From the NCBI GenBank assembly GCA_963712275.1, contig CAVQHD010000001.1, forward strand, positions 1 to 64,000: a stretch of 64,000 nucleotides of DNA, read 5' to 3'. Below, piece by piece: positions 11,201 through 18,822 of the stretch. Source of the DNA: an uncultured Rhabdochlamydiaceae bacterium. Its GTDB lineage: Bacteria; Chlamydiota; Chlamydiia; Chlamydiales; Rhabdochlamydiaceae. A program made the position numbers and the translations under genes. The notes under the pieces are model-generated. The model saw only the letters and a list, made by a program, of their open reading frames with translations, made no database searches and was not told where the DNA came from. Each line of letters begins with the position of its first letter. Within the stretch, counting starts at the first letter, position 1.

Positions 11201-11428
11201 AAAGACCGGTTTGGCACGCCTCCCATCCCAACTCTCTGGCTCTACCACCTCGCCCGCCTTCGCACCTTTGCCGCCTCCCTTCGGTACACCCTCCTCAAGT
11301 TCAATTCCTACACCCTCGAGGCCGAGCGGCTCACCTCTAAAGGCCCGCTCAAGCGCACCTACCCCCTCAAGTCCCCCAAATCCCCCGCCGACCTCGAAAA
11401 GCAAACGATATCTTTGATAAGTATTTAA
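8258..11428 (+). CDS. mfd: Transcription-repair coupling factor
   Basis: GEFAVRGGIIDLFP, CarD-like VHFHHGIG, MDRLLCGDVGYGKTEVA, DEEQRFG, QLRGRVGR, RDLEIRGAG. Confidence 0.98.
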   Translation: MDFGSPSLDHFRDHLIEIPSMLIEGLWDAPKAALLRLFQQRSKKNILVLISESHQSKLLDDGPFFELINLFEFPSWETLPGEEIPPSCDIVGKRLEILHHLLTTPSPSIIVCPLQAALQKVPSPSFFKPLCRVWKVGDEVPFNSLPTTLSSLGYRRCPVVVDKGEFAVRGGIIDLFPVSAPEPYRIEFFGDTIDNIRSFDPIGQKSIIKVSRFFLSPAQETVSQEDSTLLSYLGSETLIVFDKLLELEDRWVALQKLPTRSMVTFPALLDQLKSFQTLFLSDRPIEELSEVHLGKKTGRAFYSGKDPLQPLTFECFGRPFQTARWNSPFLPISTIDLHRKDLEVRCLYEHQPEQQIFQKQIPSPHFFKGYLSSGFGLADSTTVLLPITELTHKQKIRRERWRNTYHTPPSDFHELAPGDLIVHFHHGIGKYLGPEKKPNHQGIETEFLSLEYASGSKLYVPASQSHLVSRYIGSKEEVPSLHTLGTKQWLRAKTRVQKAIVGYAQELLKMQAERQVRGGFLFPPDSLTLLQFEEEFPYPETEDQLRAISEIKQDMCSAKAMDRLLCGDVGYGKTEVAIRAAFKAVYDGKKQVAVLVPTTVLTLQHFETFCERMRNHPIVVKAISRFHSAKEVRETVQGIKEGTVDILIGTHRLLSKDVIFKDLGLIIIDEEQRFGVRAKEHLKALKVGVDCLTLTATPIPRTLYLSLLGARDISVVNTPPQDRLPIKTILTERDPTVITNGLLRELSRDGQAYFIHNRVESIDLISSELGKLLPQAKIVTGHGQMPGDELDTVFYAFKKGEADILVATTIVENGIDIPNANTIFIDRADQFGLSDLYQLRGRVGRWNRPAYAYLLVPRLKELPEIARKRLYALLEAQGYGAGMKTAKRDLEIRGAGDPLGEEQSGELSIIGFHLYCKLVSRAIDALKKQQDPSFLETKMEFPYDARLPEDYIPEISLRLEMYHRLGDATTPEEVDALFNELKDRFGTPPIPTLWLYHLARLRTFAASLRYTLLKFNSYTLEAERLTSKGPLKRTYPLKSPKSPADLEKQTISLISI

Positions 11429-11456
11429 TATTAAACTGTTTGAATCCGACTATTCT

Positions 11457-11500
11457 AATGCATATGTTATTTTGGTCGCGACTAAAATAACATATGCGTT
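11457..11500. promoter_or_regulatory. 44-bp near-perfect palindrome immediately upstream of the AAA ATPase gene (candidate operator or terminator)
   Basis: AATGCATATGTTATTTTGGTCG|CGACTAAAATAACATATGCGTT, 2 mismatches, ends 11 nt before ATG 11512. Confidence 0.6.
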
Positions 11501-11511
11501 AAATTGGTCGT

Positions 11512-12720
11512 ATGAAAAGAGTCTACGAAATTCTCCTTGAAGAACATCTAGCCAACCATCGGCAAATGGGCTTCCTTTCAGGCCCAAGACAGGTCGGAAA
11601 AACCACCACCAGCCTTGAGGCTTCTTCTGAAAGCCCCCTTCATTTCTATTTTAACTGGGACAACGAAGACCACCGTGCCCTGATCATTAAAGGCCCGGCA
11701 ACCATTGCCCTTGTAGCAAAGTTAGACGAAGTGCAAACAACACTTCCCATCCTCATCTTTGATGAAATCCACAAGTACCGAAACTGGAAGAGATTTCTCA
11801 AAGGATTCTTTGACACCTACGAAAAAAAATGCCGCATTGTCGTGACAGGCAGTGCCAGATTGAATATTTATAAACGTGGAGGCGATAGCCTCATGGGACG
11901 GTATTTGCTCTATCGAGTTCATCCCCTTTCGGTAAGAGAACTGATCGACCCGACTCTGCCTAGCCAAGAGATTCAACAGCCTCGGGAAATCGGCTCTGCC
12001 GATTACGAAGCCCTTCTAACCTATGGTGGATTTCCAGAGCCGTATCTTAAGCAAAGCAAACCGTTTTTTAATCAGTGGAAACGGCTTCGCCTTGAACAAC
12101 TCTTCCGCGAAGACATTCGGGATTTAAGCCGTATTCAAGAGATCAGCCAAATTCAACTCCTAGCAGAGATTTTGCAAGAAGAGGCTTCTCATTCGCTCAA
12201 CCAATCTGTTCTTGCCAGTAAAGTCAAAGTCTCAGCTCCGACCCTTCATCGGTGGATTGAGCTTTTGAAAAATCTCTATTTTTGCTTCACCCTTCAACCC
12301 TGGTCCAAAAATCTCAGCCGCTCTCTGATTAAAGAGCCTAAAATCTATCTGTGGAACTGGGCCCTCATCGATGATCCAGGCGCTCGCTTAGAAAACCTTG
12401 TCGCTTCCCACCTTCATAAAGCCGTTCAGTTTTGGACCGATCGAGGATTTGGAGACTACGGCCTCTATTACCTCCGCGATAAAGACAAACGGGAAGTTGA
12501 TTTTCTCATCACCAAAAACCGAAAGCCGTGGATTCTCGTTGCAACCAAAGCCTCCGGCCATCAAGGCATTTCCAGATGGCTTTATTACTATCAAGAAAAG
12601 CTCCAAGTCCCTCATGCCTTTCAAATTGGATTTGACCTTCCCTACATCCATCAAGATTGTTTCAAGATCAAAGGCCCCGTCATCGTCCCCGCCAAAACCT
12701 TCTTGTCCCAATTGATTTAG
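11512..12720 (+). CDS. AAA_14 / DUF4143 family ATPase (AAA + wHTH + PD-(D/E)XK-like C-terminus)
   Basis: GPRQVGKT Walker A, FDEIH Walker B, VTGSA, YGGFPEP, PKIY, ENLV, REVDFL. Confidence 0.92.
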   Translation: MKRVYEILLEEHLANHRQMGFLSGPRQVGKTTTSLEASSESPLHFYFNWDNEDHRALIIKGPATIALVAKLDEVQTTLPILIFDEIHKYRNWKRFLKGFFDTYEKKCRIVVTGSARLNIYKRGGDSLMGRYLLYRVHPLSVRELIDPTLPSQEIQQPREIGSADYEALLTYGGFPEPYLKQSKPFFNQWKRLRLEQLFREDIRDLSRIQEISQIQLLAEILQEEASHSLNQSVLASKVKVSAPTLHRWIELLKNLYFCFTLQPWSKNLSRSLIKEPKIYLWNWALIDDPGARLENLVASHLHKAVQFWTDRGFGDYGLYYLRDKDKREVDFLITKNRKPWILVATKASGHQGISRWLYYYQEKLQVPHAFQIGFDLPYIHQDCFKIKGPVIVPAKTFLSQLI

Positions 12721-12728
12721 GTTTTTTG

Positions 12729-12757
12729 TTGATCTTACCAAGTCTTTTTGGTAATCT
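12729..12757 (+). promoter_or_regulatory. Putative sigma66/70 promoter (TTGATC-17-TAATCT) with overlapping operator palindrome TTACCAA-N6-TTGGTAA for the hicAB locus
   Basis: Motif spacing and inverted repeat at 12735-12754 read directly. Confidence 0.5.
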
Positions 12758-12767
12758 ATTGCAGAAT

Positions 12768-12830
12768 CATAAAGAATTAAAAACCGGCATGGAGCATGCT
12801 CTTAGAAAGATTTTAGAAGGGAAAACATGA
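12768..12830 (+). pseudogene. C-terminal remnant of HicA toxin
   Basis: Frame HKELKTGMEHALRKILEGKT* whose TGA overlaps the hicB ATG (ATGA); no room for the HicA N-terminus. Confidence 0.65.
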
Positions 12831-13258
12831 GATATCATTTTAAAATTCATAAAGAAGGGAATGGTTATTGGGCAGAATGCCTTGAATTAACAGGGTGCTT
12901 GACTCAAGGAGATTCTCTCCTAGAATTACATAAAAATATGCAGGAAGTATTGAATCTTTATCTTGAAGAACCTACAGATTCTATCGAAATCGCTCCATTA
13001 CCTAATGAGACCATTAAGAAAGCAAAAAACATCGTTGAGGTCACAGTCGATCCATTGATTGCTTTTGCATTTATGGTCAGATACTCTAGATTAAAGCAGG
13101 GGATGACTCAAAGTCGGGCAGCAAAAAAACTGGGATTCAAAGATATCTACAGCTATCAGAGGCTTGAAGCTAAAAGGTGCAATCCTACTCTAAAAATCAT
13201 TTCGAAAATTAAAGAACTTTTTCCAGATTTTTCAATCGATTTTGCTATCAGCCACTAA
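12827..13258 (+). CDS. HicB-family antitoxin with C-terminal XRE HTH
   Basis: YWAECLEL.GCLTQGDSLLEL..N..EVL HicB domain; RLKQGMTQ..AA..LG...YQRLE...NPTL HTH. Confidence 0.9.
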   Translation: MRYHFKIHKEGNGYWAECLELTGCLTQGDSLLELHKNMQEVLNLYLEEPTDSIEIAPLPNETIKKAKNIVEVTVDPLIAFAFMVRYSRLKQGMTQSRAAKKLGFKDIYSYQRLEAKRCNPTLKIISKIKELFPDFSIDFAISH

Positions 13259-13289
13259 GAAGCTGTCTTAAAACTCAGTTTCTGTCGAT
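13259..13289 (+). repeat. Isolated left end of a family A palindromic element
   Basis: GAAGCTGTCTTAAAACTCAGTTTCTGTCGAT, identical to 53085-53115, starting right after the hicB TAA. Confidence 0.8.
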
Positions 13290-13294
13290 CAACT

Positions 13295-13546
13295 CTACTT
13301 TTGGGTGCGTAAGTGCATTTGATACAGACAATACAGGACCGTGCCTGCTATCCCCATAACAGTGCATCCTGCTCCTAGTAAGGCACACCCTTTGAGCACC
13401 ATAGGAATTGCTACTCCAGCAGTCCCCGCTATAGCACCTAGAGCAACAAACGCAACCGTGCCATCACTATGCTTCTGCGCAAGTGGGCTCAGATGTGTTG
13501 CAAGGCTTTTACCTGCATTTTGAATCATATTCACAAATTGTGTCAT
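13295..13546 (-). CDS. Small hydrophobic protein (two adjacent TM segments; Inc-like)
   Basis: 83 aa, AAGGA RBS upstream, long bilobed hydrophobic stretch. Confidence 0.65.
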   Translation of the reverse strand: MTQFVNMIQNAGKSLATHLSPLAQKHSDGTVAFVALGAIAGTAGVAIPMVLKGCALLGAGCTVMGIAGTVLYCLYQMHLRTQK

Positions 13547-13774
13547 TTTGACATCCTTATGTTTTAAATAAATAATATCAAATCATCGATTTATTTTAAA
13601 CTAAAAATTGATTTAAAAATTAAATAATTAATGATAAGTAAATTAAACGAAGCGGTTTTAAAAATAAGTTTATATATTAAAAATAATTAATTTACAAAAA
13701 TTTAGGCCATTTTAAAAAGTTGGTGAAGAATCGATCTATATGGTAAACTTTCTTTCCAAAACCGAGGTTTTTTT

Positions 13775-15157
13775 ATGTTTATAGCAACTAAGTATCAAAA
13801 ATTTGTTGATTCCATCCTTTATCTTCCCTTTCGCTGCCTCGATACTCCAACCCATAGCTATCAAAGAATGGCCTCTATTTTCTTGAAGAATGTAACTCTA
13901 GGCCTTGCAACCTATTCTTTATCCCGCCGCTTAAACATCATGCCTCCCTCCTGCTTAGATCACTTTTCAAAACTTAACTCCATCTGCCTCTTGATCACCT
14001 CCATTTTGGGGATCTATAACCTTGGAGTTCAAGCTGCTTCAATATGGAACCGCCCCAGCAAACAAAAGCCTCTGGCGCCTTCACCTCCTCTCCCTGCTAC
14101 AAATCCTACGGCTCCCGTCAATCCCATTCCATCATCCCCCATATCCAATCCCCCACCTTCAGTGATTATAGAGCCGCAGATTCCAATTGTTATGGAAGAG
14201 GTTTCATCCGAAGGCCGTATTTTTTATAAAAAAAACGTAGTATTTACTTTTCAAAATTCTTCCTATGTTTATAAATGCGGCGATGTTGCTGCTTTGGAAA
14301 AAAGAGCTTTAAAGCATTTAGAGATGCAACGATTGATTGAAGAAAAAGGATGGAATCATCTTGTTGTTCCCTCTGTCTGCCTATGCAAGTCCTCAAATGA
14401 AACTTTTGTTAGAGAAAAAAAGCTGGACATTACCAGCGGAATTCAAACAAAACTTTTTTTCTATTGCTATCGAGATCAATTAGAGCCCGCTCTTCTGCAG
14501 CTTTTAGAATTGCTGGAAATGGCTAATTTGGATGATATGAGTTATTCAAACCTACCTTTTGTCATTTCCAATAAAGGAGTTCAATTTGCATTAATTGATG
14601 CAGAAATCAGATATGGGTATTGCAAATCAACCATCCACCAGCTCGTCAAGCTCTTGTTCAAGCTGTCTGAAAAGGTCCAAGAGAAAATTCAAAAAAAGGT
14701 CCCCCATTTTGAACTAGATGAAGCTCTCCTCGTGGTTCAATCAAATTTCGAATTCATGCATCAGGTCATTGAATGTCCTATAAAAGGACTGACCGAAGTC
14801 ACTGGATTCAAGACCGAGTTTTTTGAATGGGATGGGGCTACGTTAAGAGAAGGAACAAAAAAATACCTTCAAAAAAAGAAGGTTGATACGGAGGAAAAAA
14901 TTGTCCAGTATATCATCAAAAAAATTCAAAGAAAATATGAAGAACATGAAATTCCTACCTCAGCAAATGTGCAGGTCAAAATTCGTTATTCTGTTTTAAA
15001 GACAAGATCGGACCGCATTTTACAAATTATTAATAAAGAGCCAGAAAATTCATCTTTAAGCGCTCTCGATCGTATTCTCAACAAGTTGACAGAACAAAAC
15101 CAAATTCGAGGATGGAAAAAACAGGCCTTTTATGACTTTTACCTCATCTATTGGTAA
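13775..15157 (+). CDS. Putative effector: N-terminal TM segments, Pro-rich linker, atypical protein-kinase-like domain (paralog 1)
   Basis: GAGG RBS; YVYK, VVP, LDDMSYSNLPFV, FALIDAE; tandem paralog follows. Confidence 0.75.
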   Translation: MFIATKYQKFVDSILYLPFRCLDTPTHSYQRMASIFLKNVTLGLATYSLSRRLNIMPPSCLDHFSKLNSICLLITSILGIYNLGVQAASIWNRPSKQKPLAPSPPLPATNPTAPVNPIPSSPISNPPPSVIIEPQIPIVMEEVSSEGRIFYKKNVVFTFQNSSYVYKCGDVAALEKRALKHLEMQRLIEEKGWNHLVVPSVCLCKSSNETFVREKKLDITSGIQTKLFFYCYRDQLEPALLQLLELLEMANLDDMSYSNLPFVISNKGVQFALIDAEIRYGYCKSTIHQLVKLLFKLSEKVQEKIQKKVPHFELDEALLVVQSNFEFMHQVIECPIKGLTEVTGFKTEFFEWDGATLREGTKKYLQKKKVDTEEKIVQYIIKKIQRKYEEHEIPTSANVQVKIRYSVLKTRSDRILQIINKEPENSSLSALDRILNKLTEQNQIRGWKKQAFYDFYLIYW

Positions 15158-15181
15158 TAAACTGACCCCTTTTAGGATACT

Positions 15182-16540
15182 ATGTTTATAGCACGGAAAT
15201 ACCAACAAATTGTTGATTCCATCCTCTCACTTCCCATCCCTTATCAGGCGATTGGCAGCAAGTCATCAGAGACCTCTTATCAAAGAGCGGCCTCTATTTT
15301 CTTGAAGAATGTAACTCTAGGCCTTGCAACCTATTCTTTATCCCGCCGCTTAAACATCATGCCTCCCTCCTGCTTAGATCGCTTTTCAAAACTTAACTCC
15401 ATCTGCCTCTTGATCACCTCCATTTTGGGGATCTATAACCTTGGAGTTCAAGCTGCTTCAATATGGAACCGCCAGAGCAATCAAAAGCCACCAAAGCCTT
15501 CACCATCTCCTGTGCTTAATCTCACGCCTCCAGTGATTACAGAGCCACAGATTTTAACTGTTGTGGAAGAGGTTCCATCCAAAGACCGTATTTTTTATCA
15601 AGGGTGCAAGAGCCAAGTATTTACTTTTCAAAATTCTTCCTATGTTTATAAATGCGGCGATATTGCCGCTCTAGAAAAAAGAGTTTTAAAGCATTTAGAG
15701 ATGCAACGATTGATTAAAGAAAAAGGATGGAATCATCTTGTTGTTCCCTCTGTCTGCCTATGCAAGTCCTCAAACGAAACTTTTGTTAGAGAAGAAAAGC
15801 TGAACATTACCAGCTGGATTCAAACAAAACTTTTTTTCTATCGATATCGAGATCAATTAGAACCTGCTCTTTTACAACTTTTAGAGTTAATAGAAATTGC
15901 TAATTTGGATGATATGCGTTATGCAAACCTACCTTTTGTCATTTCCGACAAAGGAGTTCAATTTGCATTAATCGATGCAGAAACCCTTGGAGATCCCAAA
16001 TCAACAGTTATCTACCAGATCATCAAGCTCTTGTTCAAGCTGCCTGCAAAAGTCCAAAAGAAAATTCAAAAAATGATTCCCGATTTTGCACTAGATAAAG
16101 TTCTCCCCGTGGTTCAATCGAATTTCGAATTCATGTCTCATGTCATTGAACATCCTACAAAAGGACTGTCCGAGGTCACTGGATTCAAAACCGAGCTTTT
16201 TAAATGGGCCGGGGCTAACTTAGGAACAGGAACAAAAAAATACCTTCAAAAAGAGGGTGTTGATACAGAGGAAAAAGTTGTCCAATATATCATCAAAAAA
16301 ATTAAAGAAAAATATGAAGAATATGAAATTTCTACCTCAGCAGATGCGCAAGTCAAAATTCGTTTTTCTGTTTTAAAGACAAACTCGGCCTCTAATCGTA
16401 TCTTACACATTATTAGTGAAAAGCCAAATGATTCATCTTTAAGTACTCTCGATCATATTCTCAAAAAGTTGACAGAGCAAAACCAAATTCGAGGATGCAC
16501 CAAACGGGCCTGCTATGGCTCTTACTGCATCTACTGGTAG
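15182..16540 (+). CDS. Putative effector, kinase-like (paralog 2 of tandem pair)
   Basis: Colinear with 13775-15157; LDDMRYANLPFV, FALIDAE. Confidence 0.75.
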   Translation: MFIARKYQQIVDSILSLPIPYQAIGSKSSETSYQRAASIFLKNVTLGLATYSLSRRLNIMPPSCLDRFSKLNSICLLITSILGIYNLGVQAASIWNRQSNQKPPKPSPSPVLNLTPPVITEPQILTVVEEVPSKDRIFYQGCKSQVFTFQNSSYVYKCGDIAALEKRVLKHLEMQRLIKEKGWNHLVVPSVCLCKSSNETFVREEKLNITSWIQTKLFFYRYRDQLEPALLQLLELIEIANLDDMRYANLPFVISDKGVQFALIDAETLGDPKSTVIYQIIKLLFKLPAKVQKKIQKMIPDFALDKVLPVVQSNFEFMSHVIEHPTKGLSEVTGFKTELFKWAGANLGTGTKKYLQKEGVDTEEKVVQYIIKKIKEKYEEYEISTSADAQVKIRFSVLKTNSASNRILHIISEKPNDSSLSTLDHILKKLTEQNQIRGCTKRACYGSYCIYW

Positions 16541-16556
16541 CCATTTTCCGAAATGT

Positions 16557-16585
16557 TTGATTTTGACGTCCCATTTTGCCATAAT
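16557..16585 (+). promoter_or_regulatory. Putative sigma66/70 promoter of efp-epmA (TTGATT-17-CATAAT, extended -10 TG)
   Basis: Motif and spacing read directly, 26 nt upstream of the efp ATG. Confidence 0.55.
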
Positions 16586-16611
16586 GGCTTCTTTTTACTG
16601 AAGGATGTGGC

Positions 16612-17175
16612 ATGGCGCAGGTGAATACAAATGAATTTAAAGCGGGTCTCAAAGTCGAAATGGACGGCGAGCCGTATACGATGGTGAGTAATGAGTTTGT
16701 CAAACCTGGAAAGGGGCAGCCATTTAACCGTACTAAACTAAAGCATCTGATCACGGGACGGGTCGTCGAACGGACGTTTAAATCAGGGGAAAAACTTGAG
16801 CTTGCCGATATTGTCGAGACTAAAATGAGGCTCTTATATACGGATCCCGATAACGCTGTGTTCATGGATGACACGACATTTGAACAAACCTCTATCCCCT
16901 TCTCTTTGATTGGTGACCGCAAGCAATGGCTCATAGAAGAGGTTCTCTATGGAATTGTCTTCTACAAAGGGCAGCCTATTGAAGTCACTGCGCCGACCTT
17001 TATGGAGATGAAAATCACTGAGACTGCCCCAGGACTTCGGGGAGATACGTCAGGGCGGGTCTTAAAGCCGGCTGTCACAGAAAGCGGTGCCGAGGTCCAG
17101 GTGCCGATCTTCGTCGAAGAGGGAGATAAAATTAAGGTTGACACGCGTACAGGCGAATATGTCTCTCGTGTCTAA
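16612..17175 (+). CDS. efp: Elongation factor P
   Basis: VKPGKG loop, TFKSGEK, PGLRGDT, KVDTRTGEYVSR. Confidence 0.98.
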   Translation: MAQVNTNEFKAGLKVEMDGEPYTMVSNEFVKPGKGQPFNRTKLKHLITGRVVERTFKSGEKLELADIVETKMRLLYTDPDNAVFMDDTTFEQTSIPFSLIGDRKQWLIEEVLYGIVFYKGQPIEVTAPTFMEMKITETAPGLRGDTSGRVLKPAVTESGAEVQVPIFVEEGDKIKVDTRTGEYVSRV

Positions 17176-18112
17176 AAGCCCTTCTCTTGAGACACTTAAA
17201 GCCAGGGCTCAGATGCTCGGGGCTGTCCGGTCATTTTTTGCTCAGCGTCATGTGTTAGAAGTCGATACGCCGATCTTAAGTCAAACGGCCCCTATTGACA
17301 CCCATATCGATGTGATGACACTTCATTTGGAAAATGGCACGAAGGGTTATCTCCATACATCTTCCGAATATCGAATGAAACGGCTTCTTGTAGACTACCC
17401 AATCGATATCTATCAATTATCACACGTCTTCCGGGAGGGAGAAACAGGCTTGCTTCACAATCCTGAATTTACAATGATTGAATGGTATCGCGTGGGATTT
17501 TCTCTCCAAGAGCTTGCCTTGGAGACGTTGGAGCTGACTCAATTGTTCGTTGGTAGGCTAGAGCCAATATTCCTGAGCTACCGTGATCTCTTCCTGAAAT
17601 ACACGGGGATTGACCCTTTTCAGACGGAGACACCTGAGCTTCACCAAAAAGGTTTAGACCTTGGGCTATCTCTCCCCTCTTCTGCAGCCGATTGGGATGT
17701 CGACACCTGGCTCCATTTCTACATGAGCTTTTATCTAGAGCCTCGCTTGAATGGGCTCCATGTGATCCAGGGATTTCCTGCTTCACAGGCAGCTTTGGCG
17801 AGGCTTCGGCAAGAAGGGAACCTATGTGTTGCCGATCGGTTTGAAATCTTCTTAAATGGCATTGAATTGGCAAACGGCTTTCATGAGCTCACCGACCCAG
17901 CTGAGCAGCGGCGCCGATTTGAAAAAGCAAATGAAAAGCGTAAAGGGTTAGGTAAGCCGATGCTCCCCTTGGATGAACGGTTTCTCAGCGCCCTGCAGCA
18001 AGGGATGCCCGATTGCTGCGGCGTTGCAGCAGGATTCGATCGCCTCTTCATGCTCCACCAAAAAGCCTCTTCTCTTCAAGAGGTTGTCCCTTTCACCTGG
18101 GAACAGGTTTAG
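17159..18112 (+). CDS. epmA: EF-P lysine beta-lysyltransferase (EpmA/GenX/PoxA)
   Basis: LysRS-like catalytic core without anticodon domain (EVDTP, LHTSSEYRMKRLL, HNPEFTMIEWY, ELANGFHEL); adjacent to efp; ATG 17159 preferred. Confidence 0.95.
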   Translation: MSLVSKSPSLETLKARAQMLGAVRSFFAQRHVLEVDTPILSQTAPIDTHIDVMTLHLENGTKGYLHTSSEYRMKRLLVDYPIDIYQLSHVFREGETGLLHNPEFTMIEWYRVGFSLQELALETLELTQLFVGRLEPIFLSYRDLFLKYTGIDPFQTETPELHQKGLDLGLSLPSSAADWDVDTWLHFYMSFYLEPRLNGLHVIQGFPASQAALARLRQEGNLCVADRFEIFLNGIELANGFHELTDPAEQRRRFEKANEKRKGLGKPMLPLDERFLSALQQGMPDCCGVAAGFDRLFMLHQKASSLQEVVPFTWEQV

Positions 18113-18183
18113 TTTGTTCTTTAAAGCCTAATAAAGAAATCATTTGATATGGATAAATAAGTGGAACAAAATTATATTTTTTG

Positions 18184-18241
18184 TAGAGCCAGTTGCAAAA
18201 CTCGCTTTGGAGGCCAAATTGGAGTTTTGCAACTGGCTCTA
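18184..18241. repeat. Family C palindromic element, short (internally deleted) copy
   Basis: TAGAGCCAGTTGCAAAACTC...GAGTTTTGCAACTGGCTCTA; shares AGTTGCAAAACTCGCTTTGGAGGCCAAATT with the 30419 copy. Confidence 0.85.
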
Positions 18242-18278
18242 CAAGGAAGGGAATTTTTTCTAAACCAAAGGAGGAGTC

Positions 18279-18812
18279 ATGTCAGCCTCAGAAGCACTGA
18301 ACGGTCTTGTAAAAGCTCTCGTCCCTTTTTTGGATGCTCCTGTCAATTTTGCGACGCAACATTATTATACTGTACTCAATGTTAAGCAGGAGGAGACCTT
18401 AAAGCTAAAAAATATTCCTTACATCCATTACAATCTAAAAGCAGCATTTTATAATTTGGCAACCATTTATGGCATTTACAAACTTGTCTCGACCTTTTTC
18501 GGAATGACACCAGTTGCTTCAATGGCTGTTCATGGTTTTATCGTCTTTTATGCGCGCAAGGTGATTGATCTCAGTTTATCAACTGAACACGCAGAAGGGT
18601 CTTCCACAGAAAATATTTTCAAAGATTTTAATGAAGGTAAAACCTCTATTTGGAATAAGGAATTGACAGCGGCAGCAGTAAAGACTGTGACCCATGATAA
18701 AACATCAGAAAAGATCAATGTATTCGTTGGCTCCTGGCCAATCTTTAAATACTTTTTATCTCCAGAGCTTCCTAAGCAAGATAACGCAGAGAAGCCCCAG
18801 CCTGAGGCTTGA
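18279..18812 (+). CDS. Hypothetical membrane protein
   Basis: 177 aa, strong AGGAGG RBS, hydrophobic central segment. Confidence 0.8.
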   Translation: MSASEALNGLVKALVPFLDAPVNFATQHYYTVLNVKQEETLKLKNIPYIHYNLKAAFYNLATIYGIYKLVSTFFGMTPVASMAVHGFIVFYARKVIDLSLSTEHAEGSSTENIFKDFNEGKTSIWNKELTAAAVKTVTHDKTSEKINVFVGSWPIFKYFLSPELPKQDNAEKPQPEA

Positions 18813-18822
18813 GAGGAGCCTC

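Noticed and set aside
11200..11400. Very C-rich stretch at the 3' end of mfd
   Set aside because: Lies within the Mfd C-terminal coding frame; explained by codon and strand bias with no discrete repeat unit
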